From assembly GCA_039181895.1 (NCBI GenBank), contig JBCDCK010000002.1:5072-69071 (forward strand): a stretch of 64,000 nt of DNA, in the 5' to 3' direction. The notes under the pieces are model-generated. The model made no database searches and had not been told where the DNA came from. It was given only the letters and a program-made list of their open reading frames with translations. This document shows positions 19,497-29,781 of this stretch, piece after piece. The DNA is from Pseudomonadota bacterium. GTDB lineage: Bacteria; Pseudomonadota; Alphaproteobacteria; Sphingomonadales; Sphingomonadaceae. How positions within the stretch are numbered: the first letter of the stretch is position 1; every line of letters begins with the position of its first letter. Position numbers and translations under genes: made by a program.

Positions 19497-20816
19497 CTAG
19501 TCGCCAATCCAACTGCCATGAAAACCGGCAGGTACACGCGCCTGCAAATGTATGCGCGCGATTGGTTCATCAGACATTTCCGCCGCGTTGAGGATGACCA
19601 ATTCGCTCAGATGTTCGGTGGGATCAAACACAAAGGCCATCAAATATCCATCATCCTCGCTGACTGGATTGTCGGCAGGGACGAAGATGGCCTCGCTTCC
19701 AAACCGCCCATCTTTGAGACGATGGCATGTGCGCGCACCTGTCTCCATGTCATATTTGTGAAAACCGAGGATATTGGGCGCGCCGCCAGTATCAAACTCT
19801 GCAGCATATCCATATGTGTGTGGACGGCCAACCAGCTGCGGTGAAGTCACCGGAAAGTCCACACCCAGGTCATCCAGTTGCTCTTCTGTGACCGAGCTTT
19901 GATCAAGGTCGATTGTCCACCGATGAAGCTTGGGTACCGGTGGATTTTTCATCCCTACCGAGGTGTAGCCAACCATTCGCGGCGCGTGAAACACAACCCG
20001 CGAGCCCCGCTCATGGGCATTCATCGTGTGGTAGACATAGCAAGGATCAATCTCGAACCATTTTACATCCTGGCTTTTGCCGGTTCGCGGCATGACGCCG
20101 AGCCGCGCACCATAGCTTTCATCATAGCTGATCGGGATTCCCGGTTTGCCCAGTTTCTCCAAGTCCCAAAGCATGGGAAGGTCCATAAACAGCACGAAAT
20201 TTTCCGTGATCGCGAAGTCATGAACCATCGTCGCTGCTTTAACGTCAATGATTTCGGACTGGACCAACTCACCGCTGGGCGAGACGCGGTAATAGGTCAA
20301 AAACGGGGGCATTATCCCGTAACCAAAGAACAGCATTTCTCCGGTTTTGGGGCAGATTTTGGGGTGAGCGGTCATATTGCCGGCCAACTTTCCGTCGAAA
20401 TCATATGGACCGACGGTTTCCAGATCATCAGACATTTCAATGGGAATCTGCGTTTCTTGCAGCGCCAGTATCTTGTCCGCATGTGCCACGATATGGGTGT
20501 TTGCGAGGGAGTTTCCTCTTACCATTCTGTTCTCATTGGTGATCTGTTCGAAATCCAAAAGGGGTGTTTGGACATAGCGATTGCGATACCAATGAGCTTT
20601 GCCGTCACCGATTTTGACGCCGTGGATCATCCCCTCGCCCAGGAACCAGTCAGCGCTTGGGTGCGCACGCGGATTTGGCCCGTTACGCAAATATGTTCCG
20701 TTCAGCTCTTTTGGGATTTCGCCGGTTACCTTCAGATTTACTGTCTCGACAGTTTCTTCGACCGGCGCAAAGTTTCCAGCCATCCAAAAAGGTGCATCAG
20801 GATGTTCTTTGGTCAA
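19497..20816 (-). CDS. Carotenoid cleavage oxygenase (RPE65/CCO family), copy 1
   Basis: GNFAPV, LRNGPNP, four Fe-ligand His (TAHPK, MVHDF, VYHTMNA, GFHGSW); likely TTG start 20816 with GAGGAG RBS (ORF track starts at 20882). Confidence 0.92.
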   Translation of the reverse strand: MTKEHPDAPFWMAGNFAPVEETVETVNLKVTGEIPKELNGTYLRNGPNPRAHPSADWFLGEGMIHGVKIGDGKAHWYRNRYVQTPLLDFEQITNENRMVRGNSLANTHIVAHADKILALQETQIPIEMSDDLETVGPYDFDGKLAGNMTAHPKICPKTGEMLFFGYGIMPPFLTYYRVSPSGELVQSEIIDVKAATMVHDFAITENFVLFMDLPMLWDLEKLGKPGIPISYDESYGARLGVMPRTGKSQDVKWFEIDPCYVYHTMNAHERGSRVVFHAPRMVGYTSVGMKNPPVPKLHRWTIDLDQSSVTEEQLDDLGVDFPVTSPQLVGRPHTYGYAAEFDTGGAPNILGFHKYDMETGARTCHRLKDGRFGSEAIFVPADNPVSEDDGYLMAFVFDPTEHLSELVILNAAEMSDEPIARIHLQARVPAGFHGSWIGD

Positions 20817-21046
20817 AATATTGCTCCTCTCTCGCACTGAATTGGCCTGCCATTCACCGTGGCAGTTCACTTCATCCTGCATGCCATATTATCAATTCAA
20901 ACGATCATAACAATTCTGAGAGTATCTTTTGAAAACTGGATAACTAGCCTCATGTTCAGGATTGCGGCGAAATCCAGCATTTGATGATCGCCGGTTTAAA
21001 TCACGCAACAGGTGCAAAAAAGCATCGACGTGGAGGGGAGGACAAG

Positions 21047-23494
21047 ATGTCATTCAAGAAGAGATTGTGCCTGCGGACGGCAAGCGTTGCTATTTCTACA
21101 ACTCTGGCAATAGGCATGGCCAACCCGGCCATCGCTCAGGTTGAGGATGAGTCTGCGCAGGAAAATGAGTCCAACAACAACCTCATCGTTGTGACGGCGC
21201 GAAAACAGGAAGAAACCCTGCAGGATGTTCCTGTCGCGGTTGCCGTTGTCAGCGGTGACACGCTTGATGACTTCCGCATTGATGAAGCCGCTGATCTGGT
21301 TAGCCGCGTACCCGCTCTTTCAGTCCAGGTGGGCGGTTCGGGCGCCGGTGCGCAGATTGGTATCCGCGGTATCAACTCTTCCAACATTTCGAACGCGTTT
21401 GATTCCGCCGTAGCGATCAATATCGATGGTATTGCCGTGAGCACGCAACGGATCTTGCAATCAGCCTTTTTCGATCTGGAGCAGGTGGAAGTCTTGAAGG
21501 GGCCTCAACCGCTATTCTTCGGCAAGTCGACTTCAGCGGGTGTTTTGACATTGCGCAGCGCGAACCCGACGCCAGACTGGGAAGTATCCGGAACCGTCTC
21601 CTATGAATTCGAAGAAGAGGGATATACCGTAGGCGGTTTTGTCTCCGGGCCGATAACCGATACGCTGGGCATCCGCGTTGCTGCCGAATATCAAGACATT
21701 GAGAAGTTCGTGGAGTTGCAGGACAATGTACCCGCGGTGGATCGCGACAAGGGTTTGACCAATTTTATCGGCCGTCTGACGCTGGCTTGGGAGCCTTCGG
21801 ACAGCTTTGATGCAACCCTTAAACTGAATTACAACAGGCAGCGTTCGGAGACGTTGAACGGCTTCACTGACATGTTTTGTGGCGGCAATGGGCAGCCAGA
21901 GCCGTCATTCCTGGCGGTGTTTGGCCTGTCATTTGCGTCCACCCATAACTGTAATATTTCAGACAATCTGTTCCCCGGGCCTGATGGACTGGCGAATATC
22001 AATGTTGTGCCCACGGGTCTGGACATAGGTGGGCGCGATATTACCCAAGCGTTCAATGACACCGATCTGTTTATGACCAGTTTAGAGGCCAATATCGCAC
22101 TGACCGAAAGCCTGACTCTGACATTGCTTTCGGGATATGTTGAGCTGGATAATCTCTACAACGACACGTTCAACACAACAGGACAGAACGCTGATGGAAC
22201 TGCCGCCGGCTTTGCCGCACCTTTTGAAAACACTTTGGAGCAGTATACCCAGGAATTTCGACTCTCGAGTGATTTTGACGGACCGTTCAACTTTCAACTG
22301 GGCGGTTTCTGGGAAAGCCGAGACAGCGGACTGCTGACCGCCCAGAACGCCTTCCTTCCTTCCGCTGTATTGGGGCCGGACGCGGTCACCGGATTCACCT
22401 TTGACTGGTTGGCGGATCGCCCCCTCTCAGCAGAAGCCATCTCCTTCTATGCGAGTGGATCGCTCGACCTGACCGACACCATCAACCTGTCCGGCGGTGT
22501 TCGCTGGACCGATGAACAAAAGAGCACAACGATTGCCTTTCCGTTTGTTCATTCGTTTATCTCTGGTCCGCTGGGCGCGGTCCCGTCAGGCTTTTTTGCA
22601 GGCCCGATCAGATTCAGTGACAGCAATTTCTCTCCCGAGGTGGTGTTGAAATACTCGCCAACCGACGATCTAAATATCTATGCGGCGTTCAAGACGGGGT
22701 TCAAGTCCGGTGGTGTGGACAACAACACCTTGCCAACAGGCGCGGTGCTGTTGCTGAACGATCCCGATCCGGCAGTTGCCGAGGCGGCTGCGGATTCCCT
22801 TCGGTTCGATTCAGAGACTTCAACTGGTGGTGAAATCGGGGTGCGTTCGCAATTGGCCAACGGATCTTTGACCCTCAACGCAACCGCATTTTACTATGTG
22901 TTTTCTGATCAACAAATTCAGAATTTTGACGTCAATATCTTCAACTTCTCGACATTCAACGCTGGTGAAACCACAACCCAAGGTATCGACGTCGATTGGC
23001 GTTGGTCCACGCCCGTCGATGGACTTACCCTCAGCGGTGCCCTCTCTTATCTGGATGCCGCCTTCAGCGACACCTTTGTGTCGGTGAATGGTTTGGATCT
23101 GGATGGCCGCGCGGCGGCTCGAGCACCGGAATGGTCCGGCAATGTTGCCATCGATTGGGATATTCCCCTTGGCGATTCGCTGGAGCTTGGGCTCAACTCC
23201 GTGATCAGCTACACCGACGAGTATTTCACGACGACCACCAGTCCAACCGAACTTGATCTGGCAACGAATATCGGTGACATCGTCCAAGACGGGTTCTTCA
23301 CCATCGACGGTTCGATATCGATCGGTGATCCGGACGGGAAATGGACGCTGTCTTTGATCGGGACCAATCTCACGGACGAGATTTTCATCAACACCTCTGC
23401 TCCCCCGCCATTTGGCGCGCCCGGAACTGATGACCGGTTGGTGACTCTGAACCGCGGCCGGCAAGTATTTGTCGAGATTGGCTTTAAGTTTTAG
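21047..23494 (+). CDS. TonB-dependent receptor
   Basis: Signal peptide, IVVTARKQEETLQDVP, VEVLKGPQ, GFKSGG, C-terminal EIGFKF. Confidence 0.95.
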   Translation: MSFKKRLCLRTASVAISTTLAIGMANPAIAQVEDESAQENESNNNLIVVTARKQEETLQDVPVAVAVVSGDTLDDFRIDEAADLVSRVPALSVQVGGSGAGAQIGIRGINSSNISNAFDSAVAINIDGIAVSTQRILQSAFFDLEQVEVLKGPQPLFFGKSTSAGVLTLRSANPTPDWEVSGTVSYEFEEEGYTVGGFVSGPITDTLGIRVAAEYQDIEKFVELQDNVPAVDRDKGLTNFIGRLTLAWEPSDSFDATLKLNYNRQRSETLNGFTDMFCGGNGQPEPSFLAVFGLSFASTHNCNISDNLFPGPDGLANINVVPTGLDIGGRDITQAFNDTDLFMTSLEANIALTESLTLTLLSGYVELDNLYNDTFNTTGQNADGTAAGFAAPFENTLEQYTQEFRLSSDFDGPFNFQLGGFWESRDSGLLTAQNAFLPSAVLGPDAVTGFTFDWLADRPLSAEAISFYASGSLDLTDTINLSGGVRWTDEQKSTTIAFPFVHSFISGPLGAVPSGFFAGPIRFSDSNFSPEVVLKYSPTDDLNIYAAFKTGFKSGGVDNNTLPTGAVLLLNDPDPAVAEAAADSLRFDSETSTGGEIGVRSQLANGSLTLNATAFYYVFSDQQIQNFDVNIFNFSTFNAGETTTQGIDVDWRWSTPVDGLTLSGALSYLDAAFSDTFVSVNGLDLDGRAAARAPEWSGNVAIDWDIPLGDSLELGLNSVISYTDEYFTTTTSPTELDLATNIGDIVQDGFFTIDGSISIGDPDGKWTLSLIGTNLTDEIFINTSAPPPFGAPGTDDRLVTLNRGRQVFVEIGFKF

Positions 23495-23521
23495 TTGGGT
23501 TCTCTTCCGACTAATTCCTTG

Positions 23522-23557
23522 GGTGGGTGCTGGAAACTGACTTGGCACCCACCTTTT
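23522..23557 (+). terminator. Intrinsic terminator after TBDR
   Basis: GGTGGGTGC..GCACCCACC followed by TTTT. Confidence 0.7.
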
Positions 23558-23703
23558 CTCCCTGTTGCAATGAGGAGGTTGTCTTGGGATCAACAGTCGT
23601 GGCATTGTAATGTGGTCGGAAGTGGGGACAAGACCGGGGACAAGACCCATGTCCTGTAATCATCGCCACCGCCCTTTCTTACAGAATCCAGAAGTGAGAC
23701 CTG

Positions 23704-24438
23704 ATGCAAACAAAAATGGAATACACGACAAAGTCAAAATTACTGCAAGCTGGTATCAAGGTGTTTAGCAACCATGGATATGCTGGCGGTTCCATACGTC
23801 AAATCGTTGATCTGGCTGGCACCAATATCGCAAGCGTAACCTATCATTACGGGTCAAAGAAACAGCTTTGGCAGGCTGTTTTTACGCATCTGCAGAATAA
23901 ATTGATCGAAGCCATTTTGGTCGATTCAGACAAGTGGCGGGATATGGCACCCTATGACAGGGTGAAGAGTACGACCCGAAATTACGTGCGATTTTGCGCG
24001 CGCTATCCCGAGCTGCATCGCATCTCCATGTTTGAAACCATCCACGGTGGCGAGATGCTCGATTGGATGAACGAGCGGAAATTTGCTCTCTTCTCAAAAA
24101 AGTCGATGGAGTGGGTCTCGCTGGCGCAGGACGAAGGTGTCTATTCTTCGGATGTCTCTGCCATTCACCTGCACTTCATCGTGACGCACGCATCCAACTC
24201 GATCTTTCTTTTGGCGCCCCATATCAAGGCAACATTCGGAATTGATGTCTTCGAAGAAGAGCAGATCGAGAAGTTCACGGACGCCATGATCTCTCTCTTC
24301 CTGAACAGCGAACCCAATACGGACCTGGGTACATTGGGTACGCAGTCGCCCTCCGCGACAGCTCAAGACAGCGAGAATTCCGACAATGGGCAAAATGCGC
24401 TCCAAAAAGAGTTTTTTGCGAACTTCAAGTCTTCATGA
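23704..24438 (+). CDS. TetR/AcrR family regulator
   Basis: N-terminal HTH FSNHGYAGGSIRQIVDLAGTNIASVTYHYGSKKQL; ATGA overlap with the next gene. Confidence 0.92.
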   Translation: MQTKMEYTTKSKLLQAGIKVFSNHGYAGGSIRQIVDLAGTNIASVTYHYGSKKQLWQAVFTHLQNKLIEAILVDSDKWRDMAPYDRVKSTTRNYVRFCARYPELHRISMFETIHGGEMLDWMNERKFALFSKKSMEWVSLAQDEGVYSSDVSAIHLHFIVTHASNSIFLLAPHIKATFGIDVFEEEQIEKFTDAMISLFLNSEPNTDLGTLGTQSPSATAQDSENSDNGQNALQKEFFANFKSS

Positions 24439-25880
24439 CAGATGATGCGGTTGAAATTGCGATCCAAAATCTGGTTGGCGCTATGGACGTGGCCAACGGA
24501 GATCTGTCGGTTGACGATCCGTCGACGGGAGAAATCATTGCCCGAGTGCGCGCCTATGGCCTCGATGAGATTTCCCGGATAATCGGTGGCGCGGATGACG
24601 CCAGACATGCTTGGGCGGCGCGGACCGCGAAAGAGCGTGGATCCATTTTAACGAAATGGTTCAATCTGGTTATGGCCCACCAATCGGAGCTGGCACTTCT
24701 GGTCACCGCGGAATGCGGCAAGCCGTTGGCGGAATCGATGGTGGAAATAGGCTATGGAGCCGCCTTCATTGAATGGTTCGCCGAAGAAGGGAAACGCGCT
24801 TATGGCGAAACCATTCCCAGCTTTGCTGCAGGCAAACGGGTCCTTACCATAAAGCAACCGGTCGGAACCTGTGCGGCAATAACGCCCTGGAACTTTCCTG
24901 TCGCGATGGTGACGCGGAAAGTCGCACCGGCCCTCGCGGCAGGCTGTTCCATCATATTGAAACCAGCGGAGGCTACTCCGCTTTCCGCGCTCGCGCTGGA
25001 AAAACTGGCGATGGAAGCGGGCGTGCCCAAAGAGGTTTTCAAAGTCACTCCGGTCCTTGATCCTGCGCCCGTGGGTGAACTTTTTTGCAGCGATGAACGG
25101 ATCCGCAAATTGAGCTTTACCGGTTCCACGCCGGTCGGGAAAATCCTGATGCGGCAGGCGGCGGAAAATGTCACCAAAGTGAGTCTCGAACTGGGCGGAA
25201 ACGCGCCCTTCATCGTATTTGACGATGCAGATATTGATGCCGCTGTCGAAGGATCAATCGCCTCCAAATTCCGAAATGCTGGCCAGACCTGTGTATGCGC
25301 GAACCGCTTTGTCGTCCAGGAGAGCGTGGCAGGGGAATTTACCGAGAAGCTTGTCGCCAGAATGGATGGACTGAAGGTAGCGCCGGGTCTGGAACAAGGG
25401 GCCGAGATCGGTCCGTTGATAAACGATGCAGGCCATTCGAAGGTCAGCGCCCTGGTCGAAAGCGCAATCGCTGGGGGTGCCGTTGCGCGCCTCGGCGGCA
25501 AGTCGTGCGACAGGGGCGGTAATTTCTATGAGCCAACCGTCTTGACCGGTGTCACGCGGGATATGGACATTGTGAATGCAGAGATATTTGGCCCGGTTGC
25601 TCCAATCATGACCTTTGCCGATGAGACAGAGGCCATTCGCATCGCCAATGACACGCCATTTGGCCTGGCCGCCTATTTTTACGCCCGCGATCTGGGGCGC
25701 GTATGGCGGGTAATGGAAGCGCTCGAATACGGCATGATTGGCATCAATGATGGCATCGTCTCATCTGAAGTCGCGCCTTTTGGCGGGATCAAACAATCCG
25801 GGCTTGGGCGAGAGGGCTCAAAGCACGGGCTCGATGAATATATGGAACTGAAATACGCTTTGATGGGCGGCATTTCCTGA
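24435..25880 (+). CDS. NAD(P)-dependent aldehyde dehydrogenase, succinate-semialdehyde dehydrogenase (GabD) family
   Basis: ITPWNFP, KPAEATP, FTGST, LELGGNAP, NAGQTCVC, EIFGP, PFGGIKQSG. Confidence 0.92.
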   Translation: MTDDAVEIAIQNLVGAMDVANGDLSVDDPSTGEIIARVRAYGLDEISRIIGGADDARHAWAARTAKERGSILTKWFNLVMAHQSELALLVTAECGKPLAESMVEIGYGAAFIEWFAEEGKRAYGETIPSFAAGKRVLTIKQPVGTCAAITPWNFPVAMVTRKVAPALAAGCSIILKPAEATPLSALALEKLAMEAGVPKEVFKVTPVLDPAPVGELFCSDERIRKLSFTGSTPVGKILMRQAAENVTKVSLELGGNAPFIVFDDADIDAAVEGSIASKFRNAGQTCVCANRFVVQESVAGEFTEKLVARMDGLKVAPGLEQGAEIGPLINDAGHSKVSALVESAIAGGAVARLGGKSCDRGGNFYEPTVLTGVTRDMDIVNAEIFGPVAPIMTFADETEAIRIANDTPFGLAAYFYARDLGRVWRVMEALEYGMIGINDGIVSSEVAPFGGIKQSGLGREGSKHGLDEYMELKYALMGGIS

Positions 25881-25929
25881 TCAATCCCAAGTTCACATCA
25901 GCACGATTACCAAAACGGAGAACGATATC

Positions 25930-27372
25930 ATGGCACAACCTTTTTCCGATCACCCCTATCTCACAGGCCACCATCAGCCGATGCGGTTCGAAGCGCACGC
26001 ACCCGATCTGATTGTCGAAGGCGAACTGCCAGAGGATCTGCACGGGGTATTCTATCGCACAGGATCAGAGCCGCTCTACGACCCGCCAGAAGGCTATCAC
26101 TGGTTTGACGGGGACGGGATGGTTTACGGCTTTTTCTTCGAGGATGGCCGTGTGTCGATGCGCAACAAATGGGTGCGCACGGAAAAATTTGATGCGGAAC
26201 TGGCAGCAGGCAGGCGCTTGTTCGGTGTCTTTGGCGATCCCGCAACCAGTGATCCGAGCGTGCAGGGTGTCCGGTACAATACCGGCAATACGAATATCAT
26301 TCTCCACAATGGCAAATTGATGGCCGTTATGGAGGGGTGCCCCGCTATCGAAATGGATCCGCGCAGCCTCGAAACGCGTGATTATCTGGACTATGGCGGG
26401 ACGATCACCGGACCATTTTCTGCGCATCCCACCGTCGATCTCACCACCGGCGAGATGATGAGCTATGGCTGGATGATCAACGGACCGCAGGGCAAGCCGG
26501 AAATCCGCTATGAAGTGATCGACAAAAACGGCCAGATCACAAATCAATTCTCTTTTGAAGCGCCATATATGAGCATGGTTCACACCGCGCTCGTTACTGA
26601 AAACTGGGTCCTGGTGCCGTTCAACCCGCTTGAGGTCAGCCTTGATCGCGCGATGAAGGGCGGCCCGATGCAGGCATGGGTCAAGGGGCGGAATTCGCGC
26701 TTTGCCCTGTTCCCGAGGCATGGAAGCGCCAGCGATATTCGCTGGCTGGAAATGCCGGGCCGGCACATGTTCCATGAGCTCAACGCCTGGGAAGAAGATG
26801 GCAAGTTGATCGCAGATGTCGCAGCCGCCAATGGCACTGCACTTTTCCCGAACGATGATGGCTCGCAAAGCACACATGGCGACACGGCATTGGAATTGCG
26901 GCGCTGGACGATTGATCTAACCGGCGAGACCAATGACATCAAAGAAGAAACCCTCAACGATCGCGACATCCAGTTCCCGCGCCCGGATGACCGGATGATG
27001 ACGCGCAAGACACGCCACGGCTACGCCAACCTCAATCTCAATTCGGTCGATGGACGCGTGGATGGAATGGATGGAGTGATCCACTTCGATACGAAGTCCG
27101 GCAAAGAGGATATTTACCACTTTGGCAATGGCGCGGGCTGCGGAGAATTGGTCTTCGCGCCAAAAACCGGATCAACCGAGGAAGCCGACGGCTATGCGAT
27201 GAGCTTGATCCATCCCGCCGATTCCCACACCACTGAACTGGCAATCTTTCAGGCACAGGACGTTGCGGCAGGCCCGATAGCGAGGGTCATCATCCCCTAT
27301 CGCATCCCGAGCGGTTTTCACTGCAATTATTACAGCGCCGACGGCTCTCTGGCTGAACCGATTTTTGCATGA
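25930..27372 (+). CDS. Carotenoid/lignostilbene cleavage oxygenase family, copy 2
   Basis: HWFDGDGMV, NTNII, four His (FSAHP, MVHT, MFHELNA, GFHCNY). Confidence 0.9.
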   Translation: MAQPFSDHPYLTGHHQPMRFEAHAPDLIVEGELPEDLHGVFYRTGSEPLYDPPEGYHWFDGDGMVYGFFFEDGRVSMRNKWVRTEKFDAELAAGRRLFGVFGDPATSDPSVQGVRYNTGNTNIILHNGKLMAVMEGCPAIEMDPRSLETRDYLDYGGTITGPFSAHPTVDLTTGEMMSYGWMINGPQGKPEIRYEVIDKNGQITNQFSFEAPYMSMVHTALVTENWVLVPFNPLEVSLDRAMKGGPMQAWVKGRNSRFALFPRHGSASDIRWLEMPGRHMFHELNAWEEDGKLIADVAAANGTALFPNDDGSQSTHGDTALELRRWTIDLTGETNDIKEETLNDRDIQFPRPDDRMMTRKTRHGYANLNLNSVDGRVDGMDGVIHFDTKSGKEDIYHFGNGAGCGELVFAPKTGSTEEADGYAMSLIHPADSHTTELAIFQAQDVAAGPIARVIIPYRIPSGFHCNYYSADGSLAEPIFA

Positions 27373-27475
27373 TGGAAGGTCGGTCAGCGAGCGTCGATTC
27401 ATGGCTGATATTGAATGCACAATAAGGCGGCGACGCTGATCTACAGGTCTTCTGGATTGCTAAATCTATGGTCTC

Positions 27476-27646
27476 TCCACTTTCGGGCACCATCGTCTGC
27501 GAGATAGGGAACCGATACAGGCGATCATCTGGTTCAACATTGGTCAGTGTCCGCTTTCGGGATGTTCCGGCCATAAGCGCTAGTGATGGCCCAGGGCGCA
27601 ATAACGGACGTTGGTATATAGCAATCTGTCTGCCCGTTATCGACCC
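27476..27646. repeat. Left cluster of GTCCGCTTT-type motifs and inverted repeats
   Basis: TCCACTTTCGGG 27476-87; GTCCGCTTTCGGGAT 27549-63; GGGCGCAATAACGGAC 27594-609 imperfectly inverted with GCCCGTTATCGACCC 27632-46. Confidence 0.6.
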
Positions 27647-27669
27647 AGTTTACGCTCCGTTTCCGAGCA

Positions 27670-28068
27670 TTATCCGGCTTTGTTGACATCATAGCTGGCT
27701 CGCGCAGCGTCAATATGGCTGAGGTTTTCGAGCGCCCACACGCCCAGTGCATTTACCGGCTCGCGAAAACTCTTGCCCATTTCGGTGAGTGTGTACTCCA
27801 CTTTGGGCGGGATCGTGGGATATTGTGTGCGATGCACCAGGCCGTCGCGGACCAATTCGCGCAGCGTGAGGCTGAGCATGCGCTGCGAGATCCCGAGATT
27901 CCGTTTCAGCTCGTTGAACCGCAAAGTGCCATATTGTGCGAGCGAGATAATCACCAGCACGCTCCAGCGATCGCCAACGCGGGTCAGAACCTCATTGATC
28001 CTCTGACAATCGGGGCATTGGGTGGACCCATGGGTCATAGCCTGGGCGGATGGTTTGCACTTGGACAT
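27670..28068 (-). CDS. HxlR family winged-helix regulator
   Basis: C-x2-C near N-terminus, VGDRWSVLV, LRFNEL, ISQRMLSLTLRELVRDGLVHR, PPKVEYTLT. Confidence 0.92.
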   Translation of the reverse strand: MSKCKPSAQAMTHGSTQCPDCQRINEVLTRVGDRWSVLVIISLAQYGTLRFNELKRNLGISQRMLSLTLRELVRDGLVHRTQYPTIPPKVEYTLTEMGKSFREPVNALGVWALENLSHIDAARASYDVNKAG

Positions 28069-28195
28069 GGTGGTTCCCCTTTTGTGACCGAGGCTCAAAA
28101 ATGTGCCTTCTTGTCAATCGATCCGGTTCCGAATAATTATTCAGTCACAAATCAATACCGTGGATTCTCCGCGGAGACAATGGGGGTAAGTAAGA

Positions 28196-28837
28196 ATGAA
28201 TGACAAGACGCTGCTCGAACTGTTGAACTGGCGCTATGCGACCAAAAAAATGGATCCTGCGAAAGAGGTGCCACAGCACAAGGTCGATGCAATTGTCGAA
28301 GCGATCCGTATGGCACCGACTTCCAGCGGCACCCAGCCCTTCGAACTGATCCTGGTGACCAATCCCGATTTGCTTGCACAGATCCGCGCGGCGGCCAATG
28401 ACCAGTCACCGGTCACTGATTGTTCGCACCTGCTCGTGTTTGCTGCGTGGGACAATTACACCGAAGACCGCATCGATGAAGTGACCCAACTCAACATTGA
28501 TGCGCGCGGGGAGATCCCGTTGATCCATCAATATTACGGCAATCTCAAAGCCAATTATGTCCCGCGTCAGGCAGAAGTGAACTACGCTCATGCCGCCCGC
28601 CAAGCCTATATCGCGCTGGGCATTGGTCTGGTCGCAGCGGCTGAACAGGGAGTCGACAGCACTCCGATGGAAGGATTTGATCCGCCTGCAGTTGACGCCA
28701 TTCTGGGGCTTGGGGAGAAGGGATTGCGCTCGGTCGTGTTGCTGCCACTGGGTTATCGCGATCCAACCGGTGATTGGCTGCTGCCGATGGCGAAGGTGCG
28801 CAAGGCACGCGAACGCATGGTGACGCAGATCGATTGA
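28196..28837 (+). CDS. Nitroreductase (NfsB-like NAD(P)H-flavin oxidoreductase)
   Basis: WRYATKKMD, APTSSGTQP, STPMEGFD, LGYR, KVRK. Confidence 0.92.
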   Translation: MNDKTLLELLNWRYATKKMDPAKEVPQHKVDAIVEAIRMAPTSSGTQPFELILVTNPDLLAQIRAAANDQSPVTDCSHLLVFAAWDNYTEDRIDEVTQLNIDARGEIPLIHQYYGNLKANYVPRQAEVNYAHAARQAYIALGIGLVAAAEQGVDSTPMEGFDPPAVDAILGLGEKGLRSVVLLPLGYRDPTGDWLLPMAKVRKARERMVTQID

Positions 28838-28876
28838 TCCAGTCATTGCATTCAAAACGAAACCGGGGAGGCGAAT

Positions 28877-29755
28877 ATGCTCACTGAAAACGGAGCTCCA
28901 GCAAATATCGACGCATGGATCGGGATCGCAATTGTGGTCGCGTCAGTGCTTACCGCTTGGCTGATGAACACGCGTGCGCCCAAGGTGCGCGTCTTTGGCA
29001 CCGTGCTCGCGGCGCTCGGATGCTTTGCCGTCATTATTTGGTTCCTCGGAGTGCTTGGCACCGGCGTGCTGGAGGACCCCAAGCCCAACCAGACGCCGAT
29101 GGACTCTGCAAAACCTGCGCTGATGTGGATCCAGGCCGGAGTTGCTCTGATCGCAGGCCTGTTGCTGTCATGGGCGGCATTCCAACAGCTCGGCGACACG
29201 GCGGAGCTGGATCTGCCAATTGGGAACGAGGAGGGGCGTTACGGCTTTGCTTCACGCATGCTCCACTGGACCACGGCGATCCTGTTCCTCTCGTTGTTCC
29301 CGATTGGCATGTTCGCCTCGATGATTCCGGAGGAGGCGTGGTTCCGAAATTACTATTACGTGATCCACAAGTCGATCGGTGTACTGGTCTTCATCCTGCT
29401 GTTCGTGCGCCTGTTCTGGAACCGCAAATCAAAGCGCCCGCAACTTGATTCCTCGCTCAAGCCGGGGGAGCGCAGATGGGCGCACCGGGTTCATATCATT
29501 CTCTATGTCATGCTGCTCGCGATGCCGGTCACCGGCTATATGATGACCAGCTATCACGGCTTTCCTACCTATTTCTTCGGGTTGGAACTTGATCCGCTTT
29601 GGGACAAGAGCGATGCCTACATAATCTGGGGTACGTTCCATAAATATCTGCTCCCCTATGTGCTTTACATTATTCTCGGAGCCCATATTCTCGGCGCCTT
29701 GAAACACCACTTCATCGACCGACACACGGCCGCATTGAAACGAATGGTGGGATAA
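28877..29755 (+). CDS. Cytochrome b561/YceJ-like di-haem membrane protein with extra N-terminal TM region
   Basis: RMLHW, IHKSIG, VHIILY..MPVTGY, FHKY, HILGALKHH; about three additional N-terminal TM helices. Confidence 0.82.
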   Translation: MLTENGAPANIDAWIGIAIVVASVLTAWLMNTRAPKVRVFGTVLAALGCFAVIIWFLGVLGTGVLEDPKPNQTPMDSAKPALMWIQAGVALIAGLLLSWAAFQQLGDTAELDLPIGNEEGRYGFASRMLHWTTAILFLSLFPIGMFASMIPEEAWFRNYYYVIHKSIGVLVFILLFVRLFWNRKSKRPQLDSSLKPGERRWAHRVHIILYVMLLAMPVTGYMMTSYHGFPTYFFGLELDPLWDKSDAYIIWGTFHKYLLPYVLYIILGAHILGALKHHFIDRHTAALKRMVG

Positions 29756-29781
29756 GCAGCAAAGTCAGGTGAGCTGGCCAA

